Assembly (NCBI GenBank): GCA_035495215.1
Contig: DATJGH010000137.1
Location: 1-62,928, forward strand
DNA: 62,928 nucleotides
Source of the DNA: Patescibacteria group bacterium
GTDB lineage: Bacteria > Chloroflexota > Limnocylindria > Limnocylindrales > CSP1-4
Direction: 5' to 3'
Notes under the pieces: model-generated
What the model saw: only the letters and a program-made list of their open reading frames with translations
Databases searched by the model: none
Told to the model about the DNA's origin: nothing
Translations under genes and position numbers: made by a program
Part shown: positions 43,212-53,730 of the stretch, piece by piece
Position numbering within the stretch: position 1 is the first letter of the stretch
Layout: every line of letters begins with the position of its first letter

Positions 43212-44977
43212 TGTCCGAGCTGCTGGCCAAGGGCATCGGCGAGGTCAAGGAGGCCCACGACAGCCGCCTGCTGGCGGCAGCGCCGCCGCTGCTCGACATG
43301 GATGCCTACGTCGAGGAGTTCGGCCGCAGCGTCGTACCCGCCTACCGGCGGGGCATCGCCGATCGCGAGCTGCCCGCGGACGTCGGGCTCGCCCGCAGCG
43401 TCATCCCACCCGGGACGGCGGCGACGCGCGACTTCAGCCATCTGGCGCCGCGAATCCCGGAGCTGCTCGCGGAGCGCTGCGTCGGCTGCATGGCCTGCGT
43501 GAACGCGTGTCCCGACTCGGCGATCCTGGCGACGGTCGTGCCGGCGCCGGAGCTGGAGGGCCGGATCGCGACCTTCGCGGCCTCGACCGACGATCCGGCG
43601 CGCGCCGTTGCCACGGCCCGCAGCCATTTCGCCGACACGCAGAAGTACGGCGAGGTCCCTGCCCGCCGCGGACTGGACCGCGGCTCGTTCGGCCTCTTTG
43701 TCGATCCCGGCCACTGCAAGGGCTGCGGCGAATGCGTCGAGGTCTGCTCCGCGCTGGGTCACGACGCCCTGTTCATGCTCGACAAGGTCGCCGAGGAGCT
43801 GCCCCTGGCGGCTCCGCTCGCGGCGGCCGATCCGGCTCCCGTGACCGCGCCGACGGCACCCGCCGAAGGCCCTCTCTTGGACGAGCACATCACGGTCCAC
43901 GCCGCCGCCGAGTCGACGCTCGATCGATTCCGCCGCGACATGGCGTTCTATCGGACGCTTCCGCCGACGCCGAGCGAGTACCGCAACGAGAAGGCCCTGG
44001 CGGACGTGATGCTCGGCGAGTTCGCCTTCGGCTACGTCGGTGGCGCGGGGTCGTGCGCCGGCTGCGGCGAGGCGACGGCGATCCGGATGCTGGTGGCCGC
44101 GACGCGACAGGTCCACGGCCCGGAATCGATGGGCATCGTCGCCGCGACGGGCTGCAACACGGTCTTCGGCAGCACCTATCCGTTCAATCCCTATCGCGTG
44201 CCCTGGACCAACTCGCTGTTCGAGAACGCGCCGGCCGTCGCGCTCGGCGTCCGGGCCCGCTGGGACGCGGCCGGCCATCCCGAGCGGCGCCTGTGGGTGC
44301 TGGGCGGCGACGGCGCGATGTACGACATCGGCTTCCAGTCGCTGTCGCGGATGGTCGCGTCCGGGGCGGATATCAAGGTCCTCGTCCTCGACACGCAGGT
44401 CTACTCGAACACCGGCGGGCAGGCGTCCACGGCGACGTTCGGCGGCCAGGTGACCAAGATGTCGGCGTTCGGCAAGGAGCTGCACGGCCGCCCGGAGCGA
44501 CGCAAGGAGCTCGGCCGGATCCTGATGGCGCACGGCGAGGTCTACGTCGCCCAGACGACGCCCGCCCACCTGAACCACTTCTACCGGGCCGTCATGGACG
44601 CCAACGAGTACCCCGGGCCGGCGGTGATCGTGTGCTACGCGGCGTGCATGCCCGAGCACGGTATCGCCGACGACGCGGCCACCGCGCAGGCGAAGCTCGC
44701 CGTCGAGTCGCGGGCGTTCCCCCTGTACACGTATGACCCGCGGCGCGGGCCCTCGATGGCCGAGCGGCTCTCGCTCCAGGGCAACCCCGCGCTTCGCGAC
44801 GACTGGTCGAAGCAGCCCGATGGGGCGCCCGTGGACTTCCTGGCGTTCGCCCGCTCGGAGGGCCGCTTCGCCGGCCACTTCGGCCCAGACGGCTCGCGCA
44901 CCCCGGAGATCCTCGCGACCCAGGACGACCGGCTCGCCAACTGGCGCGGCCTCCAGGAGCTCGCCGGGCTGTCCTGA
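43211..44977 (+). CDS. PFOR domains IV-V-VI (2x[4Fe-4S] ferredoxin domain plus TPP-binding beta domain)
   Basis: 588 aa. CVGCMACVNACP and CKGCGECVEVC cluster motifs. TPP region GAGSCAGCGEATAIR, GGDGAMYDIGFQSL, VLDTQVYSNTGGQ. Confidence 0.9.
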   Translation: MSELLAKGIGEVKEAHDSRLLAAAPPLLDMDAYVEEFGRSVVPAYRRGIADRELPADVGLARSVIPPGTAATRDFSHLAPRIPELLAERCVGCMACVNACPDSAILATVVPAPELEGRIATFAASTDDPARAVATARSHFADTQKYGEVPARRGLDRGSFGLFVDPGHCKGCGECVEVCSALGHDALFMLDKVAEELPLAAPLAAADPAPVTAPTAPAEGPLLDEHITVHAAAESTLDRFRRDMAFYRTLPPTPSEYRNEKALADVMLGEFAFGYVGGAGSCAGCGEATAIRMLVAATRQVHGPESMGIVAATGCNTVFGSTYPFNPYRVPWTNSLFENAPAVALGVRARWDAAGHPERRLWVLGGDGAMYDIGFQSLSRMVASGADIKVLVLDTQVYSNTGGQASTATFGGQVTKMSAFGKELHGRPERRKELGRILMAHGEVYVAQTTPAHLNHFYRAVMDANEYPGPAVIVCYAACMPEHGIADDAATAQAKLAVESRAFPLYTYDPRRGPSMAERLSLQGNPALRDDWSKQPDGAPVDFLAFARSEGRFAGHFGPDGSRTPEILATQDDRLANWRGLQELAGLS

Positions 44978-45107
44978 GTGCGCATCGCCCCGCGGGTGGA
45001 TCGCTCGCGACGAGCGGCCCGGCCGGAGGCATCCATCGGCACTACCGCCCGCCGCCCCAGGGGGCTGTCATGAGCACGGGCCCGCGGGCCCGCAAGGAGG
45101 AACTTCG

Positions 45108-45701
45108 ATGCAGCAATCGTTCGGTCAGCGCCCTGTGGCCGCGCCCGCCATCCTGGGCTTCCTGCTCATCGCCGTCGGCGCGATCGTCCTGCTCGCGCAG
45201 GAGATCGGCTTCGACGTGTTCGGGCAGATCGGGGCGTGGGGCTGGCCGCTGTTCGTCATCGTGCCCGGCCTCCTGCTCCTCGTGGCGGCCCTCCTGCCGA
45301 GCCCGCCTCGGGGCATCGGCTTCGCGATCGCCGGGGCGATCGTCACCACGGTCGGTGCGTTGCTCCTGTACCAGTCACGGACCGGGCACTGGGAAAGCTG
45401 GGCGTACGCCTGGGCGCTGATCCCGATGGCCGCCGGCGTGGCGCTCATCGCGTATGGGCTGTACTCGCGGTCGTCGAGCATGGTCCGGGGCGGGACGTGG
45501 ATGGCCGGCATCGCGGCGCTCATGCTGGCGATCGGCGCATGGTTCTTCGAGGCCCTTTTTGCCGGAGGCATTCGACCAGAGCTCGGTGAGTGGTGGCCGA
45601 TCGCGATCGTCGCGCTTGGCGCCGTCATCGTGCTCCGCGCCATGTTCACCGGCGATCGACGGCGCGAGGGAGCGCCGAAGCAGCCTGGCACCGGGGCCTG
45701 A
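45108..45701 (+). CDS. integral membrane protein (5-6 TM), unknown function
   Basis: AAGGAGG RBS. 197 aa of hydrophobic helices. Trimmed from track ORF 44733-45701. Confidence 0.68.
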   Translation: MQQSFGQRPVAAPAILGFLLIAVGAIVLLAQEIGFDVFGQIGAWGWPLFVIVPGLLLLVAALLPSPPRGIGFAIAGAIVTTVGALLLYQSRTGHWESWAYAWALIPMAAGVALIAYGLYSRSSSMVRGGTWMAGIAALMLAIGAWFFEALFAGGIRPELGEWWPIAIVALGAVIVLRAMFTGDRRREGAPKQPGTGA

Positions 45702-45765
45702 CCGGCTCCCGAGCGCTTCACCCCTGCCGGCGGCACGATCGCCTGCCCGCCGCGACAATAGCCGG

Positions 45766-48159
45766 GTGCCACGATCCATTACGGTCGAGGCCACCCGGCT
45801 CCACCCCGAGGCGCTTCGCCAGATCGATGTGTGGTGGCGGGCGGCCAACTACCTGTCCGTCGGCCAGATCTACCTGCTCGACAACCCGCTGCTGCGCGAG
45901 CCGCTGAGGCCAGAGCACGTCAAGCCGAGGCTGCTCGGCCATTGGGGCACGACGCCGGGCCTGAACCTGCTCTACGCGCACCTGAACCGGTGCATCCGTG
46001 AGCGCGACCTGGCCATGCTGTTCATCACCGGTCCCGGGCACGGCGGGCCGGGCATGGTCGCGAACGCATACCTCGAAGGGACCTACAGCGAGGTCTATCC
46101 GCGGATCTCGCAGGACGAGGCGGGCCTGCGCCGCCTGTTCCGCCAGTTCAGCTTCCCGGGCGGGGTGCCGAGCCACGACTCGCCGGAGCGCCCCGGCTCC
46201 ATCCACGAAGGCGGCGAGCTCGGCTACTCGCTGATGCACGCCTACGGCGCCGCGTTCGACAACCCGGACCTGGTGGTCGCGTGCGTGATCGGCGACGGCG
46301 AGGCCGAGACGGGCCCGCTGGCCACGAGCTGGCATTCGAACAAGTTCCTCGACCCGACCCGCGACGGCGCCGTCCTGCCCGTGCTGCACCTGAACGGCTA
46401 CAAGATCGCCAACCCCACGGTCCTCGCCCGGATCCCGGAGCCGGAGCTGGTCAAGCTGCTCGAGGGGTATGGCCACCGGGTCCTCGTGGTCGCGGGCGAC
46501 GAGCCGGACGCCGTCCACGAGGCGCTCGCGGCGGCGCTCGACGACGCGCTCGACGACATCGCCGCGATCCAGGCCGAAGCCAGGCGGTCGCGCGACGGCG
46601 GGCGACGACCCGCATCAACGAGACCCAGCTGGCCGATGATCGTCCTGCGCACGCCGAAGGGCTGGACCGGGCCGCGCGAGGTCGACGGGGTCCAGGTCGA
46701 GGACACCTTCCGGTCCCACCAGGTACCCGTCTCGAACGCTCGGGGCGACGCCGAGCACCGCCAGATCCTCGAGGACTGGCTCCGAAGCTATCGGCCCGAC
46801 GAGCTGTTCGACGCTGCCGGGCGGCCCCGACCCGAGCTGGCCGCGCAGGCGCCGGCCGGCGACCGGCGCATGAGCGCGAGCCCGCACGCCAACGGCGGGC
46901 TGCTCCTGCGCGACCTGGCCCTGCCCGACTTCCGGCGCTACGCGGTCGACGTCCCGACGCCCGGCGCCACGACCGCGGAGGCAACGCGCGTCCTGGGCGG
47001 GTACCTGCGCGACACCATCCGGGCGAACGCGACGACCTTCCGCCTCTTCGGGCCGGATGAGACCGCGTCGAACCGGCTGGATGCCGTGTTCGAGGCGACG
47101 GACAAGACGTGGAACAACGGCCTGCTGCCGATCGACGTCGATCTCGCCCCGGACGGGCGGGTGATGGAGGTCCTGTCCGAGCATCTCTGCCAGGGCTGGC
47201 TCGAGGGCTACCTGCTGACGGGCCGGCACGGCCTGTTCAACTGCTACGAGGCGTTCATCCACATCATCGACTCGATGTTCAACCAGCACGCCAAGTGGTT
47301 GAAGGTCACGCGCACCCTGGCCTGGCGCAAGCCCATCGCGTCGCTCAACTACCTGCTCTCGAGCCACGTGTGGCGCCAGGATCACAACGGCTTCAGTCAC
47401 CAGGATCCGGGCTTCATCGACCACGTCGTGAACAAGAAGGCCGAGGTCATCCGGGTCTACCTGCCGCCCGACGCGAACACCCTCCTCAGCGTCGCCGATC
47501 ACTGCCTCCGGAGCCGGAGCTACGTCAACGTCATCGTCGCCGGCAAGCAGCCGTCGCTGTCCTGGCTGTCGATGGACCAGGCGATCGCGCACTGCGAACG
47601 AGGCGCGGGCATCTGGGGCTGGGCGTCGAGCGACGCCGGCGGCGAGCCGGACGTCGTCCTCGGCTGCTGTGGCGACGTGCCCACGCTCGAGACGCTCGCG
47701 GCGGTCGACATCCTGCGCCGGGAGCTGCCCGACCTCCGCGTTCGCGTGGTCAACGTCGTCGACCTGATGCGGCTCCAGCAGAGCGGCGAGCATCCCCACG
47801 GCATGACCGACGCCGAGTTCGACGCGCTGTTCACCACCGACCGACCGATCGTGTTCGCGTACCACGGCTATCCGTGGCTGATCCACCGCCTGACCTACCG
47901 GCGGGCGAACCACGACAACCTGCACGTCCGCGGCTACAAGGAGGAGGGCACGACGACGACGCCGTTCGACATGGTCATGCTCAACGACCTCGACCGGTTC
48001 CACCTCGTGATGGACGTGATCGATCGGGTGCCCGGCCTCGCCGACCGCGCGGGGCACGTGCGCCAGCTGATGGTCGACTCCCGGGCGCGCGCCCGGGCCT
48101 GGACGCGCGAGCACGGCGAGGACCTGCCGGAGGTTCGCGACTGGACCTGGCCGGGCTAG
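45766..48159 (+). CDS. xfp: xylulose-5-phosphate/fructose-6-phosphate phosphoketolase
   Basis: [68 protein letters not shown] 45766 gives 797 aa. Confidence 0.93.
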   Translation: MPRSITVEATRLHPEALRQIDVWWRAANYLSVGQIYLLDNPLLREPLRPEHVKPRLLGHWGTTPGLNLLYAHLNRCIRERDLAMLFITGPGHGGPGMVANAYLEGTYSEVYPRISQDEAGLRRLFRQFSFPGGVPSHDSPERPGSIHEGGELGYSLMHAYGAAFDNPDLVVACVIGDGEAETGPLATSWHSNKFLDPTRDGAVLPVLHLNGYKIANPTVLARIPEPELVKLLEGYGHRVLVVAGDEPDAVHEALAAALDDALDDIAAIQAEARRSRDGGRRPASTRPSWPMIVLRTPKGWTGPREVDGVQVEDTFRSHQVPVSNARGDAEHRQILEDWLRSYRPDELFDAAGRPRPELAAQAPAGDRRMSASPHANGGLLLRDLALPDFRRYAVDVPTPGATTAEATRVLGGYLRDTIRANATTFRLFGPDETASNRLDAVFEATDKTWNNGLLPIDVDLAPDGRVMEVLSEHLCQGWLEGYLLTGRHGLFNCYEAFIHIIDSMFNQHAKWLKVTRTLAWRKPIASLNYLLSSHVWRQDHNGFSHQDPGFIDHVVNKKAEVIRVYLPPDANTLLSVADHCLRSRSYVNVIVAGKQPSLSWLSMDQAIAHCERGAGIWGWASSDAGGEPDVVLGCCGDVPTLETLAAVDILRRELPDLRVRVVNVVDLMRLQQSGEHPHGMTDAEFDALFTTDRPIVFAYHGYPWLIHRLTYRRANHDNLHVRGYKEEGTTTTPFDMVMLNDLDRFHLVMDVIDRVPGLADRAGHVRQLMVDSRARARAWTREHGEDLPEVRDWTWPG

Positions 48160-48173
48160 CCATTTCCCGGCCG

Positions 48174-49259
48174 GTGCGGATCCTCGTCGTCAACGCGGGC
48201 TCGAGCAGCCTGAAGCTGCGGCTCCTCGGCGAGGGCGATGCGCCCCTGGCCGCCGCGGACCTGCCGCCGGGGGTCGCGGACGCGAGCCTCGCCGAGGCGC
48301 TGGACCGGTTCGGGCGAGTCGATGCGGTGGGGCACCGGATCGTCCACGGCGGGGTCGAGTTCCGGGACCCGGTCATCGTCGACGACGGCCTCGTCGCCCG
48401 CATCGCGGCCCTCGGCGAGCTCGCCCCGCTCCATCAGCCCGCGGCCGTGGCCGCGCTGCGAGCGGCAAGGACCGCGCTGCCCGCGGTGCCCCACGTTGCG
48501 TGCTTCGACACGGCGTTCCACGCCAGGCTTCCGCCGGCGGCGGCGACCTATGCGCTTCCCGCGGCGTGGCGGGGGCGCTTCGGGCTGCGCCGGTTCGGCT
48601 TCCACGGCCTGTCCCACGCGCACGCCTCGCGGCGCGCAGCCGAGCTTCTCGGTCGCGCGGAGGCAGACGTGCACTGCATCACCTGCCATCTCGGCGCCGG
48701 TGCCTCCCTCGCGGCGGTGCGCGGCGGGCGCTCCGTGGACACCACGATGGGCTTCACGCCACTGGAGGGCCTCGTCATGGCGACGCGGTCGGGGAGCGTC
48801 GATCCGGGCCTGCTGCTCTGGCTCCAGCAGCGGGCCGGCGTCGCCGTCGACGAGCTCGCCGACGGCCTCGAGCATCGCTCCGGCCTGACCGGCCTGGCCG
48901 GCACCGCGGACATGCGCGAGGTGCTGCGCCGGGCCGCGGCCGACGACGCGGCAGCGGTGCTCGCGCGCGACGTCTACGTCCACCGGCTCAGCGCGGGGAT
49001 CGCGGCCATGGCCGCGGCGCTGCCTCGAGTCGACGCGGTCGTGTTCACCGGCGGGGTCGGCGAGAACGCGGCGGAGATCCGCGCGCGAGCCCTCGCCGGC
49101 GTGCCCTTCCTCGCCGTCGAGCTGGACGCCGAGGCCAACATGCGCGGCTCCGGGGATCGGGTGATCGGGCTGGCGGGCGACTCCTCCACCCGAGCCCTCG
49201 TCGTCTCCAGCCGCGAGGATCTCGAGATCGCCCGCCAGGTCCGATCCGTCCTCGCCTAG
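48174..49259 (+). CDS. ackA: acetate kinase
   Basis: VRILVVNAGSSSLK, GHRIVHGG, FDTAFH, FHGLSH, CHLGAGAS, EGLVMATRSGSVDPG, FTGGVGEN. Confidence 0.92.
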   Translation: MRILVVNAGSSSLKLRLLGEGDAPLAAADLPPGVADASLAEALDRFGRVDAVGHRIVHGGVEFRDPVIVDDGLVARIAALGELAPLHQPAAVAALRAARTALPAVPHVACFDTAFHARLPPAAATYALPAAWRGRFGLRRFGFHGLSHAHASRRAAELLGRAEADVHCITCHLGAGASLAAVRGGRSVDTTMGFTPLEGLVMATRSGSVDPGLLLWLQQRAGVAVDELADGLEHRSGLTGLAGTADMREVLRRAAADDAAAVLARDVYVHRLSAGIAAMAAALPRVDAVVFTGGVGENAAEIRARALAGVPFLAVELDAEANMRGSGDRVIGLAGDSSTRALVVSSREDLEIARQVRSVLA

Positions 49260-49275
49260 ACCGCCGGGGGCGGTC
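49259..49275. terminator. hairpin GACCGCC-GGG-GGCGGTC between convergent ackA and the flavodoxin-like gene
   Basis: 7-bp perfect stem that starts inside the ackA stop codon. The convergent gene's stop is at 49282. Confidence 0.5.
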
Positions 49276-49281
49276 GCTGGC

Positions 49282-49809
49282 TCAGGACGCCGCCTCTGCC
49301 GCGACGACCTGGGCGCCATCCATCGGCGCGAGGGTCGCCGCGATCCAGCGCGCCCACTCCAGGACGTCGTCCCACGGCCGGTAGTCTCCGGCCTGGGCGC
49401 CGACGGCCGAGACGATGACCTTCTCCCCGAGGCCCAGCCTGGACCGATCCAGCCGGCCCTCGAGGACCTGGTGATCGACGGCGTTCAATCGCTCCGCGAT
49501 GGCGAGCGCCTCCGGTGGCGCGACCGCCGGCCTCGGCGGATCGCCGGTCGGGCCGCTGGACAGCAGCCACACGCGCCGCTCGCGCAACTGCTCGAGCTCG
49601 CGTTCGGCGAGCTCGCGCGCCGGCGCCAGCCACCGACCGCCGTAGATCGCGCTGCCGAGGATGATCCCGTCGTACGGTTCGACGGAGGTCACGTATTCCG
49701 GGTCGATGATGTCGACGTCGACCCCGGCAGCCTCGAGGACGCGCGCGATCGCCGTCCCGATCTCGTGCGTCGAGCCATGGCGGGACGAAACGGCGATCAG
49801 CGCACGCAT
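49282..49809 (-). CDS. flavodoxin-like fold protein (HemG/flavodoxin_5-like)
   Basis: Last 175 codons of track ORF 49282-50379. MRALIAVSSRHGSTHEIG (FMN phosphate-loop-like), GIILGSAIYGG. GGGAGG RBS. Confidence 0.78.
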   Translation of the reverse strand: MRALIAVSSRHGSTHEIGTAIARVLEAAGVDVDIIDPEYVTSVEPYDGIILGSAIYGGRWLAPARELAERELEQLRERRVWLLSSGPTGDPPRPAVAPPEALAIAERLNAVDHQVLEGRLDRSRLGLGEKVIVSAVGAQAGDYRPWDDVLEWARWIAATLAPMDGAQVVAAEAAS

Positions 49810-49865
49810 CCTGGATGCCTCCCTGCAGGATGGGTGCGCCGCCACGCGGCGGCGCACCCAGTCCC

Positions 49866-50810
49866 TCACGCGCCCGTCGGGGCCGTGCTGATGCGAGCCG
49901 GGCCGGCCATGGGCCGCGGCACGCCGCGAAGCGTTCGGAAGAGGAGCCGGACGACTGCTCCAAAGCCGAGCAGGCTCGCGATCGCGGTGACGATCGTCAG
50001 CACCGGCACCAGGCCGATGACCGTGAGCACCAGGACGCCGGCGAGGACCGGCAGGTAGGGCCGTCCCTCGCCCTCGGGCGACGTGGCACTTGCCTGCCGG
50101 ACGATCCAGCCGCCGATCCAGGTCGCCGCGACGACATAGCCGGCGAAGGCCAGCAGCGGCATCGCCGCGAGCAGGATTCCGACGCCGAGCGGCGCCCCGA
50201 TGACCGTGACCATGAGCAGGATCGCGAGGATCGGCAGGAGGATGACCGAGCCGAGGCCGACGAGGAACGTCTGGACCGGCTCCGTGGCGACCACCCGTGC
50301 CGCCTCGCGCAGCTGTCGACCCGCAACGCCCGCGACGAGCAGGGCCCAGACGATGGTCGCCAGCCCGAACCCGAGCCACAGCAGGATGAGCGCCGGCGCC
50401 AGCATGGCGCCGAAGGCGAGCAGCGACGCAGCGAGGTCCGTGACCCCGCCGACGATCTCGGCATCGCCGGTCTGGTGCACGGTCGAGTCGAGGCGCATGA
50501 CCTCCTGGGACACGACCGTGCCAGGCCCGACCTCGACCTGGCTGCGGATGGCGACGACGGACTCTGCGCGGGCGCCGACGAGATTGACGGAGCCGTCGAT
50601 GACGAGGACCGTGTTGACCTCGCCGAGCACCTCGGCGTGGCCGTTGACCACGACGATGGCGTCGGCGTGGTCACCGGCCGGGATGACCACGTCACCCTGG
50701 GTGCTGATGAGCACGCGACCGGTGTGCTGAAGCGGCTCTGCCGCCACCGTCACGCCCGCACCGAGGGCGAGCGCAGCGATCACGGCAAGCGCGACGGCGA
50801 GGCGCCTCAT
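49866..50810 (-). CDS. membrane protein with an N-terminal beta-helical (bactofilin/polymer-forming-like) domain and C-terminal TM bundle
   Basis: Signal/TM MRRLAVALAVIAALALG. Repetitive V-x-G/V-x-V strands (DAIVVVNGHAEVLGEVNTVLVIDGSVNLVG..). Then about 5 TM helices. GGAGGAGG RBS. ATGA overlap with the upstream small ORF. Confidence 0.68.
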   Translation of the reverse strand: MRRLAVALAVIAALALGAGVTVAAEPLQHTGRVLISTQGDVVIPAGDHADAIVVVNGHAEVLGEVNTVLVIDGSVNLVGARAESVVAIRSQVEVGPGTVVSQEVMRLDSTVHQTGDAEIVGGVTDLAASLLAFGAMLAPALILLWLGFGLATIVWALLVAGVAGRQLREAARVVATEPVQTFLVGLGSVILLPILAILLMVTVIGAPLGVGILLAAMPLLAFAGYVVAATWIGGWIVRQASATSPEGEGRPYLPVLAGVLVLTVIGLVPVLTIVTAIASLLGFGAVVRLLFRTLRGVPRPMAGPARISTAPTGA

Positions 50811-50977
50811 GCTGTCGCCTCCTCCGCGACGTGCTCGACCTTCTCGCCGAGCGTGCGCCGCCATTCGGATGGCGCGATGTTCGCGGGCCACTTGCTGGGC
50901 CGCGCGAACGCCACCAGCAGGCCGGCGACCGTCATCGCCACGGTGAGCCCGAGCAGAACGAACAGGACGCGCTTCAT
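50807..50977 (-). CDS. 56-aa single-TM small protein
   Basis: MKRVLFVLLGLTVAMTVAGLLVAF.. GGAGGG RBS 7 nt upstream. The N-terminus resembles the 41-aa protein at 26737-26862. Confidence 0.55.
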   Translation of the reverse strand: MKRVLFVLLGLTVAMTVAGLLVAFARPSKWPANIAPSEWRRTLGEKVEHVAEEATA

Positions 50978-51100
50978 GTGATAACCCTCCATGTGGACGA
51001 AATTCAGCACCATCTCACTGCGGCGCGAGCCGCCCGGCCAGAGCCATCGGCACCGGCGCGGCGGGCCTACGGGCCTGATCGCCCAGAGTTGCAGCGAGGG

Positions 51101-51808
51101 CTAGTGGATCCCGTACGGGAACTCGGGGCTGCGGGTGGCCGGCTCGACATCGCGATCGTCGAGCGTCCAGTTCACGTCGACGTTCGCGTTGACGATGCCC
51201 GGCACGAGCCTGATCGTCTCGGCAACGATCGCCGCGGTCGAGCGCCGCTCGACAGTGCCCCGCACCGTCGCTTCGCCGTTGCGCACCTCGACCGTGAACC
51301 CAGCCGGATCGAGCCACAGGATTCGGAGCAGGACGTCCTCCCGGATGGTCTGGACGAGCTCCTCGTCGGTTCGCAGGTAGGCGCGGACCAGGTCCGCGCG
51401 GCTGACGATCCCGACCAGTCGGTCCTTGTCGACGACCGGCAGCCGATTGATCCGCCGGCTGGTCATGATCGCGGCGGCGTCGCTGATCGCGCACGTCGGC
51501 GCGACGGTCACGGCGGGCGCGGTCATCGCCTGGCCGGCCGTGCCCGCGGCGAGCTTGTCTCGCTGGGTTCGCACCTCGGCGCTCTCGCCCAGCAGGGTCT
51601 CGAGGCGCCGGTGCCGGACGGCGCGCGCGCCCTGTTCCTTGATCAGGAAGTCGGCTTCGGAAACGACGCCGAGGACAGTCCCCTTCGCGTCCACCACCGG
51701 CACGCCGCTGATGCCCCTGTCGAGCAGCACGCGGGCGACGTCCTTGAGCGGCGTCTCGGGCCGGACGGTCTTCACTGCGTGGGTCATCACGTCTCGAACG
51801 GTCAGCAT
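51101..51808 (-). CDS. CBS-pair plus BON domain protein
   Basis: 235 aa from MLTVRDVMT. Two CBS motifs (SGVPVVDAKGTVLGVVSEADF; NRLPVVDKDRLVGIVSRADL). C-terminal BON-like VEVRNGEATVRGTVE..IPGIVNANV. Confidence 0.85.
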   Translation of the reverse strand: MLTVRDVMTHAVKTVRPETPLKDVARVLLDRGISGVPVVDAKGTVLGVVSEADFLIKEQGARAVRHRRLETLLGESAEVRTQRDKLAAGTAGQAMTAPAVTVAPTCAISDAAAIMTSRRINRLPVVDKDRLVGIVSRADLVRAYLRTDEELVQTIREDVLLRILWLDPAGFTVEVRNGEATVRGTVERRSTAAIVAETIRLVPGIVNANVDVNWTLDDRDVEPATRSPEFPYGIH

Positions 51809-51828
51809 CTCGATCTCCAGTCGTCGCT

Positions 51829-53577
51829 TCAGGCGGGTTCGTACGGGTCGTAGTCGGGCGTCCACATCGCGCGGTCCACGGCGGGCTCGATGTCCTCGTC
51901 GCGCAGCTGCCGCCCGTAACCCGTGTCGCGCAATCTGCGCACCACGGCGACGGCGATCCGCCGGGCGATCGGCCGCAGGTTGCCGATCGGGGGATAGATG
52001 GCGCCGAGGGCCAGGCGATCCGGCGTCACGCACGCCGCCAGCTCATGTGCCGCGGTCAGGAAGGCTTCGTCGGTGATCTCGCGTGCCTCGGCGACGAGCG
52101 CCGCGAGTCCCACGCCCGGGAAGACGAACACGTTGTTTGCCTGCCCGATCGCGTGGCCCGGGATCAAGGTCTGGCAGGGGCTGCCGGTGGCCACGAGGGC
52201 GCGACCCTCCGTCCAGTCGAGGACGTCCTGCGCCTGGGCCTCGGCGCGATCGCTGGGATTGGACAACGGCAGGATGATCGGCGCGGGGTCGTGGCGCGCG
52301 ACCTCCTGCACGAGCGCTCGGGTGAACACGCCCGCGGTGCCGGTGGTGCCGATCAGGACCGTGGGTCGAAATGCGCTCGCGATCGCCACGGGATCCGCGA
52401 GATCCGGCTGCGACAGCCCGCTCGCGGCGATCCACGAGGCACCGACTGCGAGCTCGCGCTGGTCGTCCGCGATGTCCGGGCGCCCGGCATGGACGAGCCC
52501 GTGGCTGTCCATCAGCGCGAGTCTCGGTTGGTCACGGTCGGCCCCGACGTCGTCGCCGAGGGCGCGTACCAGCAGGCGGGCGATCCCGATCGCCGCGGCG
52601 CCTGCGCCCAGGAACAGGAACCGGTCCCGGCGCAGCGCATCGCTGCTGCCGCGCGCCGCGAGGAGCCCGGCGAGGGCAACGGCACCGGTGCCCTGGATGT
52701 CGTCGTTGAAGCTCGGCAGGCGGTGCCGGTAGCGATCGAGGATGCGCAGCGCGTTGTGCTGCTTGAAGTCCTCCCACTGGAGCACGGCGCTCGGGAACAC
52801 TCGCCGGACCGAGGCCACGAATGCCTCGATCACGCGGTCGTATGCCTCACCACGCAGCCGCGGCGCGCGATAGCCGAGGTACAGCGGATCGTCCAGGAGC
52901 TCGCGGCGGTCCGTGCCCACGTCCAGGGAGATCGGCAGGGTCAGCGCCGGGTAGATCCCCGCGGCCGCGCTGTACAACGCGAGCTTGCCGACCGGGATGG
53001 CCATCCCGCCGGCGCCCTGGTCGCCGAGCCCGAGGATGCGCTCGTTGTCCGTGACGACGATCAGGCGCGTGGACTCGTTGCCGGCGTTCTCGAGGATCTG
53101 GTCGATCCGATCGATGTCGTCGGGCGTGATCCACACCCCTCGCGGCCGTCGGAAGATGTGGCTGAAGTCCTGGCACGCCCGCCCGACGGTGGGCGTGTAC
53201 ACGATCGGCAGGAACTCCTCGAGGTTCTCGACGAGCACGCGATAGAACAGCGTCTCATTCCGATCCTGGAGCGCCGCCAGCCCGATGTAACGCTCGAGGT
53301 CGTCCGCCTTCCGCCGGACGTGCTCGAGCTCGAGGGCAACCTGCTCCTCGATCGAGCTGACCCGCGCGGGCAGGAGGCCCCGGAGCGAGAAGGCGTCACG
53401 CTCGCCGGCGCTGAAGGCTGTGCCCTTGTTGAGCAGCGGCTGGCCGATCAACGAGCGCCCGCGCTCCGCGACCCGGCGGCGGGGTCCAGGCGGCCTCGGG
53501 GGCGCGTCGGCATGGCCGTTCCGGCTGGCCGTGCGAACCGCCACGGCGCTGCGGCCGGGTTCCCGATGGGTGGCCAT
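51829..53577 (-). CDS. NAD(P)-dependent malic enzyme
   Basis: LLNKGTAFSAGERD, IVYTPTVG, VVTDNERILGLGDQGAGGMAIPVGK, FLGAGAAAIG. The N-terminal ~45 aa may be over-extended. Confidence 0.92.
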   Translation of the reverse strand: MATHREPGRSAVAVRTASRNGHADAPPRPPGPRRRVAERGRSLIGQPLLNKGTAFSAGERDAFSLRGLLPARVSSIEEQVALELEHVRRKADDLERYIGLAALQDRNETLFYRVLVENLEEFLPIVYTPTVGRACQDFSHIFRRPRGVWITPDDIDRIDQILENAGNESTRLIVVTDNERILGLGDQGAGGMAIPVGKLALYSAAAGIYPALTLPISLDVGTDRRELLDDPLYLGYRAPRLRGEAYDRVIEAFVASVRRVFPSAVLQWEDFKQHNALRILDRYRHRLPSFNDDIQGTGAVALAGLLAARGSSDALRRDRFLFLGAGAAAIGIARLLVRALGDDVGADRDQPRLALMDSHGLVHAGRPDIADDQRELAVGASWIAASGLSQPDLADPVAIASAFRPTVLIGTTGTAGVFTRALVQEVARHDPAPIILPLSNPSDRAEAQAQDVLDWTEGRALVATGSPCQTLIPGHAIGQANNVFVFPGVGLAALVAEAREITDEAFLTAAHELAACVTPDRLALGAIYPPIGNLRPIARRIAVAVVRRLRDTGYGRQLRDEDIEPAVDRAMWTPDYDPYEPA

Positions 53578-53730
53578 CGCATCGCCTCGCTGCCGGCATG
53601 ACGAGCGTCGCCGGTGTGCACCGAGAGTCTGCTCGGCGACGCTTCGGAGACAGGGCCGAGCGACCCCTGTTCGCGGAGTCGATCGTCACAGCTCGCTGGG
53701 ACCGACGGTGCCCGGCCGATCGGGAGAGGG

